A stretch of DNA of 38,036 nucleotides from a virus (Duplodnaviria > Caudoviricetes): IMG/VR virus record IMGVR_UViG_3300034073_000217, positions 1 through 38,036 of that record. The stretch is one strand, 5' to 3'. This document shows positions 1 to 8,923 of this stretch, piece after piece. The first letter of the stretch is position 1, and each line of letters opens with the position of its first letter. Below the pieces are notes generated by a model. It saw only the letters and a list, made by a program, of their open reading frames with translations, did not search any database and was not told the DNA's origin. The position numbers and the translations under genes are program-made.

Positions 1-127
1 TGCGTAAAAGAGTTAGCATTATCACACAGACTTAAACAAATAACATTTAAGTCTTATCGTAAGGCATGGGATAAAGTAGCGCCTAAATTGGGATTTAAGA
101 GAGAGATATGGACATATGATTTGTGAA
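1..127 (+). repeat. Exact 127-bp terminal repeat, copy 1
   Basis: Identical to 37002-37128; first mismatch at 128 (t) vs 37129 (c). Confidence 0.95.
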
Positions 128-536
128 TATATCTCTAGTACCTAAAAAAGATTATGAGTTTTGCTTTAACGCAATACACGATTATTTAGAGAAATCAGCT
201 AAATATACATATGGTCGTTTTACAGCAGACGACATTAAACAATCTTTATTAACAACAGACAAACAACTATGGATAGCATATGAAGATGTGCAAATCTATG
301 GATTTGTTGTAACTGAAATCGTTACATATCCTCAAATAAAATCACTCATGATGCACTTTACAGGTGGATTATATTTTGATAAGTGGCATGATGATATTAT
401 TAGCACATTAAAAAAATTTGCTAAAGATGTAGGATGTAAAATTATAGAATCACAAGCAAGATTAGGTTGGTCTAAAATCCTGAAGAAAGATGGATATAAA
501 CCTCGTTTTTATTTTTTTGAATTACCTTTGGAGTAA
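123..536 (+). CDS. GNAT-like virion assembly protein, allele A (position of P22 gp14)
   Basis: GTG start, 137 aa with GFVVTEI and R-x-GW motifs; lies directly upstream of the first ejection protein; about 72% identical by manual count to 37124-37537. Confidence 0.55.
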   Translation: MNISLVPKKDYEFCFNAIHDYLEKSAKYTYGRFTADDIKQSLLTTDKQLWIAYEDVQIYGFVVTEIVTYPQIKSLMMHFTGGLYFDKWHDDIISTLKKFAKDVGCKIIESQARLGWSKILKKDGYKPRFYFFELPLE

Positions 537-539
537 ACT

Positions 540-1673
540 ATGTTTAATTTATGGAATCTAATAACACTATCCGTTAGAATGTGTACATTAGCTGGAGGCG
601 GTGGATTATTTGGCGGTGGCGGCGGTGGCGGAGGTTCGTCTACAACTTCTACAGATATTCCTAAATGGTTAAAACCTTATGTAACCTATGGATTAAATGA
701 GGCGCAAACACTTTATCAATCACAAACACCTCAATATTATCCTGGTCAAACATGGATTAGTCCATCACAACAGACACAAGCTGGATTACAAGCAGCACAA
801 CAAAGAGCATTACAAGGTAACCCATTATTACCAGCAGCTCAACAACAACAACAAGATGTTATTAGTGGTCAGTATTTAGGTGTTAATCCATATCTTAGAC
901 AAGCATTACAAGGTGGTGCAGATATTGCCACACAACAATATTACGATGCACTTAAAGGTGGACGTAGTGGTGCAGTAATGGCAGGTCGTATGGGTAGTGG
1001 CGCACAACAAAACATTGAATCTCGTTCAGAACAAAATCTAGCAAACGCATTAACTAGCCAAGCAGGTCAATTAGCCTATCAAAACTATGCTGCTGAACGT
1101 GCAAGACAAGAAGCTGCTGCTATGGGAGCTCCTGGATTAGCACAAGCTGATTATATGGATATTCAACAATTAATGAATGTTGGGCAAACAGCAGAAGATT
1201 ATCAACAACGTGCATTAGAAGGCGATGTAGCACGATTTAATTTTCAACAACAAAGTCCATATGAAAAATTATCTGCTTATCTTGGTGCTGTTTATGGCGC
1301 TCCTGTTCCTATGCAACAAACAACTACACAATCTGGAGGTGGTGGTAAAATCGTTTGCACCATGATGAATGAATCTTATGGCTTTGGTTCATTTAGAAAT
1401 GCAGTATGGTTAAAACATTCAGCAGATATGCCAAATGCAAAAGTATATGAAAAAGGATACCACACATTATTCTTACCATTGGTTGATTTTGCTAAAGGTA
1501 ATGGAAAATTAAATAAAGTTGTTAAAACTGTATTAGAGCATATTGCTAGACATAGAACTGCTGATATATGGTTACAGAAAAAAGGTAAGCGTAGAGATAT
1601 GCTAGGTCGTATTTATAGAAACATATTTGAGCCTATCTGTTATGTAACAGGCAAATTAAAAGGAGTTAAGTAA
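540..1673 (+). CDS. Putative ejection/pilot protein 1 (P22 gp7-like position) with C-terminal KIVCT domain
   Basis: Short N-terminal leader followed by a poly-Gly tract, a Gln/Ala-rich helical body and a distinct basic C-terminal domain; follows the tail genes. Confidence 0.65.
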   Translation: MFNLWNLITLSVRMCTLAGGGGLFGGGGGGGGSSTTSTDIPKWLKPYVTYGLNEAQTLYQSQTPQYYPGQTWISPSQQTQAGLQAAQQRALQGNPLLPAAQQQQQDVISGQYLGVNPYLRQALQGGADIATQQYYDALKGGRSGAVMAGRMGSGAQQNIESRSEQNLANALTSQAGQLAYQNYAAERARQEAAAMGAPGLAQADYMDIQQLMNVGQTAEDYQQRALEGDVARFNFQQQSPYEKLSAYLGAVYGAPVPMQQTTTQSGGGGKIVCTMMNESYGFGSFRNAVWLKHSADMPNAKVYEKGYHTLFLPLVDFAKGNGKLNKVVKTVLEHIARHRTADIWLQKKGKRRDMLGRIYRNIFEPICYVTGKLKGVK

Positions 1674-2395
1674 TGAGTGACCCAATAACAATCGGTGCAG
1701 GATTAGGTGCAGGTCTATCAGTATTAACTGGAAAAAACCCATTAAGGGGCGCAGCTATGGGTGGTCTTGGAGGCGCAGGCTATGGTGCATTAACAGGTTC
1801 AGGATGGGCAGGTAATTTAATATCTAAAGGTGGTATGTTAGGTCAAGGTGCAACTGCAGCTACATCAAGCCCTATGGCTACAGGATTAACAGGCTCTGCT
1901 GAAGCTATTAGTCCATTTACTCCACAAGGTGTTGCAGGCGTACAAACAATGACACCAGGTCTTACCGGTGCAGAACCTATATTAGGTCAAGCAGGTCAGC
2001 AAGCGATGGCACAATCTGCTCCTTTATATACAGGTTCGCAAGGGATGATGGATACAGGTGGAGGTATGTTTATGAGAGGTGGTGTATCTGCACCTATACC
2101 TGGAGCTGAAATGTCAGGTGGTGGATATGGAACTTTAGATAGAATAAGAGATGCGGTAAAAGCTCCTATAGGTTCATTTATGGATTTAGCAGAAGAAAAT
2201 CCTAGAGCTACACAAGCTGCTAGCCAAGTTGCTTTAGCTAATATGTTACAACCATCTCAACCATATCAATCAAATATACAACCATTATCAGCATTACCAT
2301 CTAGAGAAAGTGTAGAATCATATCTTCCTAGAGGATTAATGACACAAGTTCAAAGAAAACAACTTCCACAATTACAACGTTTTTACGGATTTTAA
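1673..2395 (+). CDS. Gly/Ala-rich putative ejection protein
   Basis: N-terminal glycine-zipper (GAGLGAG, GAAMGGLGGAG); translationally coupled to the upstream gene. Confidence 0.55.
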   Translation: MSDPITIGAGLGAGLSVLTGKNPLRGAAMGGLGGAGYGALTGSGWAGNLISKGGMLGQGATAATSSPMATGLTGSAEAISPFTPQGVAGVQTMTPGLTGAEPILGQAGQQAMAQSAPLYTGSQGMMDTGGGMFMRGGVSAPIPGAEMSGGGYGTLDRIRDAVKAPIGSFMDLAEENPRATQAASQVALANMLQPSQPYQSNIQPLSALPSRESVESYLPRGLMTQVQRKQLPQLQRFYGF

Positions 2396-2404
2396 GGAAA
2401 GCAC

Positions 2405-3685
2405 ATGGGAATACTAGACTATTTATTTGGAAACACATATCAAACACCAGGTATAAATCCAAACGCAAGTACACCATTACCTACACCATTAGGAAAAGGT
2501 AAATTACCTAACATATTTATGACACCTAATTTAGCAGAAGCAGGTTTGTTAGGAGCAGATGAAGCACAAGCATTAGCATTGCAAGATGCTTTGCAAAGCC
2601 AAGCTACAAAAGCTGGTTTATTAAGTGCAGGTGTTAGCTTTCTTACACAACCTCGTAACTTACAAGCAGGTAGTGCATTGCCATATCTAGGTCGTGCATA
2701 TCAACAAGGTATGGCATCTGCTGGTGATATATATGGAACAGGATTAAATCAACTTGCTAGACAACAATTATTAGCGCAAAAAAGTGGTGAAGATAAACTA
2801 TACACTATTGATGGCGCATTAGTTGATAGACAAGGTAATGTTGTTTATCAAGCACCTCTAGAAACTCGTGGGCAAGCAAGTGCATCTAGCGATATTCAAT
2901 TATTAAATAGATACAATGAGGCATTTAATAAATTAAAAGAAGAACCTCAAAATAAACTATTACAAAACGAAGTAAAAGCATTAGAACTTAAACTTGGACT
3001 TCAAAAAGAAGCAGAGCCAGTTCCTACTCGTGGAGAAGAAATTAAAAAAGAACTTACTCCATTAGAAGCAAAGATAGATGAGAAAGCTGCTCAAGACCTA
3101 TTAGACTTTACTGTTGGTGGAGGTTTTTCTGATGTTCAAAAGAATTTAGCACAATTACAATTAGCTAGAAAAACTATTGAAGAAGCGCCTGAAGGAACTA
3201 TTACTGGCAAATTAGTAGGAGTGCAAGATGATACAGGTGTTCTTAAATACACAAACCCTAATGCACAAAATGTTAAAGAGCAAGTTCAAGAAATTGCACA
3301 GCGTAACTTAAGACTTATTTTAGGTCCACAGTTTACTGCAAAAGAAGGTGAACAATTAATTAATCGTGTATATAACCCTGCATTACCACAAGAGGTTAAT
3401 TTAAAACGTCTTGATTTATTGCAAGAGCAAATTCTTAGCGCTGCTAAATCAAAACAAGAGGCAGTAGATTATTACAATGAAAATGGTACTTTAAAAGGAT
3501 TTAAAGGCAAATTGTATAACAATGCTACCGATTTTTTAAATGACTATAATAGTAAGTTACAAGGTTTAGAAACACCAAAAGAAACTAAACCTACAGCACC
3601 AAGTAGATTTAAAGAAGGTGCTAGAACTAAATCTAAGAGTGGTAAACCAATGGTATTTAAAAATGGTAGATGGGAGTATGAATAA
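2405..3685 (+). CDS. Putative ejection/DNA transfer protein
   Basis: 426 aa, helical; MGIL start and GLL motifs; AAGGA RBS; position in the ejection cluster. Confidence 0.55.
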   Translation: MGILDYLFGNTYQTPGINPNASTPLPTPLGKGKLPNIFMTPNLAEAGLLGADEAQALALQDALQSQATKAGLLSAGVSFLTQPRNLQAGSALPYLGRAYQQGMASAGDIYGTGLNQLARQQLLAQKSGEDKLYTIDGALVDRQGNVVYQAPLETRGQASASSDIQLLNRYNEAFNKLKEEPQNKLLQNEVKALELKLGLQKEAEPVPTRGEEIKKELTPLEAKIDEKAAQDLLDFTVGGGFSDVQKNLAQLQLARKTIEEAPEGTITGKLVGVQDDTGVLKYTNPNAQNVKEQVQEIAQRNLRLILGPQFTAKEGEQLINRVYNPALPQEVNLKRLDLLQEQILSAAKSKQEAVDYYNENGTLKGFKGKLYNNATDFLNDYNSKLQGLETPKETKPTAPSRFKEGARTKSKSGKPMVFKNGRWEYE

Positions 3686-5244
3686 TGGCAGTAGTTCCAA
3701 TAGAAGATTTACCTAGTAGTTTAGTTCCTATGGATGATTTACCTACAGAACTATCTAATATCGTTCCTGAAAGTGATTTACCATCTGATGTTATGCAAAG
3801 AGGGATGGCAGAAAAAATAGGTCGTGGACTAAGTACGATTGCTAGAGGTGTAGCAGTTCCGGCAACAGGTGCAGCTTTAGGTGGTGCATTAGCTGGTCCT
3901 CCAGGCGCTATCGCAGGTTCTTTAGTATTACCTGCTGCTGAACTTGCGTCTAAAGGAGCAAGAGCATTAGGATTTGAAACAGGTTCACCTTATGAATTAG
4001 CACAACGTGGTTTAACTAAATTAGGTTTTCCTGAGCCACAAACAACAACAGAACGTGCATTACAAGCTGGTGGTGAGGCTTTAGGCGGTGTTGGTGGTCA
4101 ATTAGGTGCATTGTCTAGATTAGCTACTACAGCAACCACTCCTGTTGGTCGAAATGTTGCACAACAGTTATCTGCATTACCTGAAAGACAATTAGCAGCA
4201 AGCGTTCCTGTAGGTGCTACTGCACAAGCAGTTGGTGAAACTACAGAAAGCCCTACATTAGGAATGTTAGCCGGTGTTGGTGCAGCATTACCATTTGGTA
4301 TTAGAGCGCCAAGACAAGTAGAAAAAATACCTACTATAGATGAACTTAAACAATTATCACGTAATCAATATCAACAAGCTAAAGAAGCAGGTATCGTATT
4401 TAAGAAAGATTCATTCAAGTCATTTGCTAATCAATTAGAAAAAGATTTAATTGAACAAGGTCTTGATAAAGATATTCAACCTACTGCATTTAAAGCATTA
4501 AATCGTATTACAACAGCTGCTAATAAAGCTAATACATTATCTGATATAGAAACATTAAGAAAAGTAGCACAAGGCGCATCTGCATCACCTAATGCTTCTG
4601 AAAGAATGTTTGGTCAAAGAATGATAGAAAAGTTAGATGACTATATTGAAACATCTAGTCCTGAAAACATATTAGCAGGTAATAAAGCAGGTATTGATGC
4701 TATTAAAAATGCTAGAGAAACATGGCGTACATCTAAAAAAGCAGAAGTATTAGATGATATATTTAATAGCGCTGAATTACGAGCAGAAGCTAACTTTAGT
4801 CAATCAGGCATGGAAAATGTTTTAAGACGTAAATTAGTTAATCTTGCAGACAATAAAAAGCTAATGAGAACATTCTCACCTGATGAACAAGAAGCTATTA
4901 CAACGGCTGCTAAAGGTGGCGCTATGCAAAACTTTTATAGACGATTAGGTAAATATGCTCCAACTAGTGCAATTCCAACAGGAGTTGGTGCTGGGTTAGG
5001 TGGTGCTGCGGGTGCTGCTATTGGTGGTCCAGCAGGTGCGTTTATTGGTGGTGCAGCAGTTCCTGCAATAGGAGCAGCAGCAAGACAACGTGCAACCACA
5101 TTAGGATTAAGAGAGTTTCAGAAGTTAGAAGATATGCTTAGATTAGGTAGAGCGCCTATTGCTAGACCAACACCAGGTCAAATATTAGGTACTCGCAGTG
5201 GGTTGATGGGCCTTGAACAAGGCTTGTTAATGCCACCAGAATGA
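3685..5244 (+). CDS. Putative ejection/DNA transfer protein (P22 gp16-like position)
   Basis: 519 aa with N-terminal DLP repeats and Gly-zipper hydrophobic segments near both ends; last gene before the lysis region. Confidence 0.6.
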   Translation: MAVVPIEDLPSSLVPMDDLPTELSNIVPESDLPSDVMQRGMAEKIGRGLSTIARGVAVPATGAALGGALAGPPGAIAGSLVLPAAELASKGARALGFETGSPYELAQRGLTKLGFPEPQTTTERALQAGGEALGGVGGQLGALSRLATTATTPVGRNVAQQLSALPERQLAASVPVGATAQAVGETTESPTLGMLAGVGAALPFGIRAPRQVEKIPTIDELKQLSRNQYQQAKEAGIVFKKDSFKSFANQLEKDLIEQGLDKDIQPTAFKALNRITTAANKANTLSDIETLRKVAQGASASPNASERMFGQRMIEKLDDYIETSSPENILAGNKAGIDAIKNARETWRTSKKAEVLDDIFNSAELRAEANFSQSGMENVLRRKLVNLADNKKLMRTFSPDEQEAITTAAKGGAMQNFYRRLGKYAPTSAIPTGVGAGLGGAAGAAIGGPAGAFIGGAAVPAIGAAARQRATTLGLREFQKLEDMLRLGRAPIARPTPGQILGTRSGLMGLEQGLLMPPE

Positions 5245-5298
5245 TATGGCATACAATAACCATACCTCCTATTAACTTATACAACGTACCGAGGAATT

Positions 5299-5505
5299 AT
5301 GAAAGATATAGACCCCTACGAGATTGGTCGACTGACCGCAGAAGTTCAACAGTTGAAACAATCACAAGTTGAAATGGAACGAGACATCAAAGAACTACTC
5401 GCTTTAGCTAACAAATCCAAAGGTGGATTCTGGGTAGGTATGGCCATAGCATCATTTGTTGGCGGTATCATAGCGTTTATCTTGAAAGGATGGCTAGACC
5501 ATTGA
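5299..5505 (+). CDS. Coiled-coil protein with C-terminal transmembrane helix (holin/hemolysin-like)
   Basis: GAGG RBS; coiled coil followed by GFWVGMAIASFVGGIIAFIL. Confidence 0.6.
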   Translation: MKDIDPYEIGRLTAEVQQLKQSQVEMERDIKELLALANKSKGGFWVGMAIASFVGGIIAFILKGWLDH

Positions 5506-5654
5506 GCATAATATACGATATTATATTTGCACTATTTAAACTCTTTATTGTCCCAATACTGTTCTTTTTCTTTTACTTCTTATTTGCATTAACTGCAATC
5601 ATAGAAAAAGTCATTGTTGCCATTGATAAACTATTAGATAATATTATGGAATGA
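5502..5654 (+). CDS. Small membrane protein, 50 aa (not in the ORF track)
   Basis: TTG start overlapping the upstream stop; MSIIYDIIFALFKLFIVPILFFFFYFLFALTAII...; stop overlaps the next ATG; fills the gap exactly. Confidence 0.65.
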   Translation: MSIIYDIIFALFKLFIVPILFFFFYFLFALTAIIEKVIVAIDKLLDNIME

Positions 5655-5989
5655 AGCTCGATATTAGAACATTAGAAGCTATATACGATATGCTTATCTC
5701 AACTCATGTGTTAAGAGATGTTGGATTACCACCATCTTATGAAATAGATTTTGAGTTACTTTCTGTTAGCGATAACTGTATGGCATCTTACACACCTGAC
5801 CCTGATACCATAGGTGTATGTCCAGAACGACATCGATTTCTTACTAGCGTTATTAAGTCTATGTTGCATGAGATTATCCATATGACTAACCACTATTATG
5901 GTAAGTCTTATATAAGACATGATAAGAGCTTTCAGGAATTGCGTAAGCATATTGCTAATGAACTAGGTTTTGATGAAAACGAAATATAA
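5651..5989 (+). CDS. SprT-like zinc metalloprotease domain protein
   Basis: MLHEIIH (HExxH) with a downstream HDKSF third-ligand motif. Confidence 0.7.
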   Translation: MKLDIRTLEAIYDMLISTHVLRDVGLPPSYEIDFELLSVSDNCMASYTPDPDTIGVCPERHRFLTSVIKSMLHEIIHMTNHYYGKSYIRHDKSFQELRKHIANELGFDENEI

Positions 5990-5997
5990 GGATTAAT

Positions 5998-6393
5998 ATG
6001 TGGACAGCATTGATAGCGCCAATTACATCTATACTCGATAAGTTTATAGAAGACAAAGACCAAAAGAATAAGTTAGCCCATGAGATAGCCACCATGGCAG
6101 AGAAACACGCTCACGAAGCTAACATGGTACAAGCAGAAACAAATAAAGAAGAAGCACAGCATCGTAGTGTATGGGTAGCTGGTTGGAGACCATTTATAGG
6201 CTGGGTGTGTGGCTTTGCACTGGCATGGCATTTTGTGCTATCCCCTGTTGTCCTATTCTTTGCAGCATGGTTTAATATCGTATTACCTGCCTTACCACAG
6301 TTTGATATGGGTAGTTTAATGACTGTATTAATGGGTATGTTAGGACTAGGTGGATTACGAACATTTGAGAAAACAAAAGGTTTAACTAAATGA
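5998..6393 (+). CDS. Holin (3TM GTA-type family)
   Basis: AGWRPFIGWVCG and GMLGLGGLRTFEK signature motifs. Confidence 0.85.
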   Translation: MWTALIAPITSILDKFIEDKDQKNKLAHEIATMAEKHAHEANMVQAETNKEEAQHRSVWVAGWRPFIGWVCGFALAWHFVLSPVVLFFAAWFNIVLPALPQFDMGSLMTVLMGMLGLGGLRTFEKTKGLTK

Positions 6394-6818
6394 GATTATC
6401 TAAACACTTTAGTTTAGAAGAATTAACACAATCGGATACAGCAGTTAGGCTAGATATAGATAACACGCCTACTGTTGAAGTCATTGATAATTTAACATTT
6501 TTAGCGGAGAAATTAGAAGATGTACGAGCTTTATTACGCACTCCTATGCTTGTTAGTAGTGGCTTCCGTAGCCTCATTCTTAATCGTCATTTGGGAAGCA
6601 GAGATACTTCCAGTCACGTTAAAGGATTGGCTGTCGACTTTATATCACCATCTTTTGGCAATCCTGAAGCTATTGTTAAAACCATTGTGGAATCTGATAT
6701 ACAATACGACCAAGTCATTCTTGAATTTAATCGTTGGGTTCATCTCTCGTTTTCTAAAGAAAAACCAAGACTCCAATCTTTGATTATAGATAAAAAAGGT
6801 GTTCGACCTTTTACTTAA
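6390..6818 (+). CDS. Endolysin, peptidase M15A family
   Basis: LSKHFSLEEL, SSGFRS, SSHVKGLAVD and WVHLS motifs; adjacent to the holin. Confidence 0.88.
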   Translation: MRLSKHFSLEELTQSDTAVRLDIDNTPTVEVIDNLTFLAEKLEDVRALLRTPMLVSSGFRSLILNRHLGSRDTSSHVKGLAVDFISPSFGNPEAIVKTIVESDIQYDQVILEFNRWVHLSFSKEKPRLQSLIIDKKGVRPFT

Positions 6819-6820
6819 TT

Positions 6821-7522
6821 ATGAATAGTTCAGTATTAGTCATCTCTGACTTACATATACCTTATCATCATCAAGATGCTTTTGAGTTTCTAAAGGCATT
6901 AAAAAAGAAGTATAAACCTGATTTAATCGTGAATATCGGAGATGAATTAGACCATCATGCCATCTCTATGCACGAACACAATCCAGACCTGATGTCAGCC
7001 GGTGATGAGTTAAAACAGTCTAAAGAATATGTCAGAGATTTAGAGAAGATATTTCCTGAGATGACCTTAGTTCATTCTAACCACTCATCTTTAGTATATA
7101 GACGTGCATTAAAATATGGGCTTCCTAAAGACTATTTAAAGTCTTACAATGAGTTTCTAGGTGTTGGTGAAGGTTGGAAGTGGGTGGATGATTTAACTGT
7201 TACGCTATCAGATAATAGCCGTTGTTTCTTTACACATGGTATGTCTGCTGATGTATTAAAAGTGGCACAACAATACGGAATGAATACTGTACAAGGCCAT
7301 TACCATACTAAGTTCTGTATTGGATATTACTCTAACCCAGACGCTCTTGTTTGGGGGATGCAAGTTGGTTGTTTAATTAATCAGAAGTCTATGGCATTTG
7401 ATTATGCTAAAAACTTTAAGTCACGTTTTATAGTAGGCTGTGGAATGATTATAGATGGACAACCTAAATTAATGCCAATGGTCTTAGATAAGGATGGTCG
7501 ATGGAACAAAATGATTCCCTAG
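6821..7522 (+). CDS. Calcineurin-like metallophosphoesterase
   Basis: SDLH, GDELD, SNH, THG and GHYH motifs. Confidence 0.88.
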   Translation: MNSSVLVISDLHIPYHHQDAFEFLKALKKKYKPDLIVNIGDELDHHAISMHEHNPDLMSAGDELKQSKEYVRDLEKIFPEMTLVHSNHSSLVYRRALKYGLPKDYLKSYNEFLGVGEGWKWVDDLTVTLSDNSRCFFTHGMSADVLKVAQQYGMNTVQGHYHTKFCIGYYSNPDALVWGMQVGCLINQKSMAFDYAKNFKSRFIVGCGMIIDGQPKLMPMVLDKDGRWNKMIP

Positions 7523-7689
7523 AGTTTTTAGATTCTTTTAAAAACCAAACAGTAGAAGACATAGAATTTATCGAAGACGATAGAGAAGCCTTGCTTAAAA
7601 TCACATTTAAAAACCAAGAATCATTTGTTATTACAGGTGATAGTATAAACCTATATTTTGCTCTACCTAAGGATGCGGAGTTTCACTAA
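7501..7689 (+). CDS. Small acidic hypothetical protein
   Basis: 62-aa ORF coupled to its neighbours. Confidence 0.6.
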   Translation: MEQNDSLEFLDSFKNQTVEDIEFIEDDREALLKITFKNQESFVITGDSINLYFALPKDAEFH

Positions 7690-7850
7690 TGGACGTTTCT
7701 AAAATAGCTCGTAAGATTGAGAATTGCGTTATAGAAGAGTGTCAAATTGTCTATGGCGAAGATACGCTAATTTTAACGCTTGCTGCGCCTAATGGTGATG
7801 TATTTACACTAGAGATTATCGTAGATAGCATATACCTTGAAGAAGACTAA
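7689..7850 (+). CDS. Small acidic hypothetical protein, 53 aa (not in the ORF track)
   Basis: GGAG RBS and TAATG coupling; MDVSKIARKIENCVIEECQIVYGEDTLILTLAAPNGDVFTLEIIVDSIYLEED. Confidence 0.65.
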   Translation: MDVSKIARKIENCVIEECQIVYGEDTLILTLAAPNGDVFTLEIIVDSIYLEED

Positions 7851-8040
7851 TATAACGCTCATAGACGGCACAGAAACGGATAATTATAGCAAGGAATACC
7901 AAAGGTACTGTGAGGCATTAAACCTCTCTAAAAAGCCATTAGAAAAGCGTAGAGAGTGGTTAAATAAGCTAAGAGATGAACAACGAGTAGAACAACTAAA
8001 ATACTGGTTAAAACTTATATGGCAAAACAAATCAACATGA
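7837..8040 (+). CDS. Hypothetical protein
   Basis: TTG-start 67-aa ORF; last gene of the rightward block. Confidence 0.6.
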   Translation: MKKTNITLIDGTETDNYSKEYQRYCEALNLSKKPLEKRREWLNKLRDEQRVEQLKYWLKLIWQNKST

Positions 8041-8424
8041 AACCCAATCGTACCAAACTCTTATCAAAGATTTCAACTTATCTAAGCCTGTTTGATTTTC
8101 AGGTATTTCTAACTTTATTAGTTTGTCTGTACTCACTTTATATATTGTGTCTACTCGCACATCATTGGGTTTAGAATAACCTATTACTAATAACACTTGT
8201 GTAGTAGGTTGCCTAGATAGCGCTTCTAATAAATACTTTTGCCCTGGCAACATTTGTCTTTCATCTGGGTGCTTCCATTCTACAAACAAAAAACTATCTT
8301 TTGTTCTACTCTTATTAGCATGGTGATAACACATATCTAAATTAGATGCAGACCATTTAGCATTTTCTGGTATCAATCCCTCGAACTCACCAAAGTCAAT
8401 GTGTTCGGCTTTAGGATTGCTCAT
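8032..8424 (-). CDS. Putative PD-(D/E)XK nuclease-fold protein
   Basis: NLD...FLFVEWK...PGQKYLL pattern; start placed at the ATGA overlap at 8424. Confidence 0.5.
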   Translation of the reverse strand: MSNPKAEHIDFGEFEGLIPENAKWSASNLDMCYHHANKSRTKDSFLFVEWKHPDERQMLPGQKYLLEALSRQPTTQVLLVIGYSKPNDVRVDTIYKVSTDKLIKLEIPENQTGLDKLKSLIRVWYDWVSC

Positions 8425-8576
8425 AGGCATACAATCACTCCATTAGGTGTTACGCTACATATCTGAATACTACCATCTGGATTTAATATCGTTACAGTCT
8501 CATTTGCATTAACATCTTGTATCCATAGCCATATCAACATGGTTACAACTAATATCAATATACATTCTTTATCCAT
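8421..8576 (-). CDS. Small secreted or membrane protein, 51 aa (not in the ORF track)
   Basis: MDKECILILVVTMLIWLWIQDVNANETVTILNPDGSIQICSVTPNGVIVCL; overlaps both neighbours. Confidence 0.6.
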   Translation of the reverse strand: MDKECILILVVTMLIWLWIQDVNANETVTILNPDGSIQICSVTPNGVIVCL

Positions 8577-8733
8577 CTTTGCTCTCCTCAAAAATTATCT
8601 TGTTATCAGGATACATTCTATAAAACTTGTTTTTTATATCATGTACCATTTCTACTCTGATACTTCCATCACCTTCTTTAAAAAACTGAATAGTGAACCA
8701 TTCCCCATCAATCGCCATTCTTCTTGTTATCAT
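8569..8733 (-). CDS. Hypothetical protein
   Basis: Likely start MITRRMAIDGEWF within ORF-track ORF 8569-8790. Confidence 0.55.
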   Translation of the reverse strand: MITRRMAIDGEWFTIQFFKEGDGSIRVEMVHDIKNKFYRMYPDNKIIFEESKDG

Positions 8734-8848
8734 TTTTACATATTCCATGTGCTGACAAGTTTCTTCCACACCACCATTTTTTCTTGTCATAAGTGTTTGC
8801 AGGTTGTTTACATTTGTGGCATACCTGCCCTATTACTTTAATAGCCAT
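8708..8848 (-). CDS. Small Cys-rich zinc-ribbon-like protein
   Basis: MAIKVIGQVCHKCKQPA...WWCG...GIC. Confidence 0.5.
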   Translation of the reverse strand: MAIKVIGQVCHKCKQPANTYDKKKWWCGRNLSAHGICKNDNKKNGD

Positions 8849-8923
8849 CTCTCTACTACTTCTAATATAATTATTATTAATATACCAGCAAATAGTATCG
8901 CATAACAGATACCGCAAGGCTCG

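Noticed and set aside
8569-8917. Possible frameshifted gene or pseudogene suggested by overlapping ORFs
   Set aside because: Using internal starts (8848 and 8733) gives ordinary short overlapping genes.
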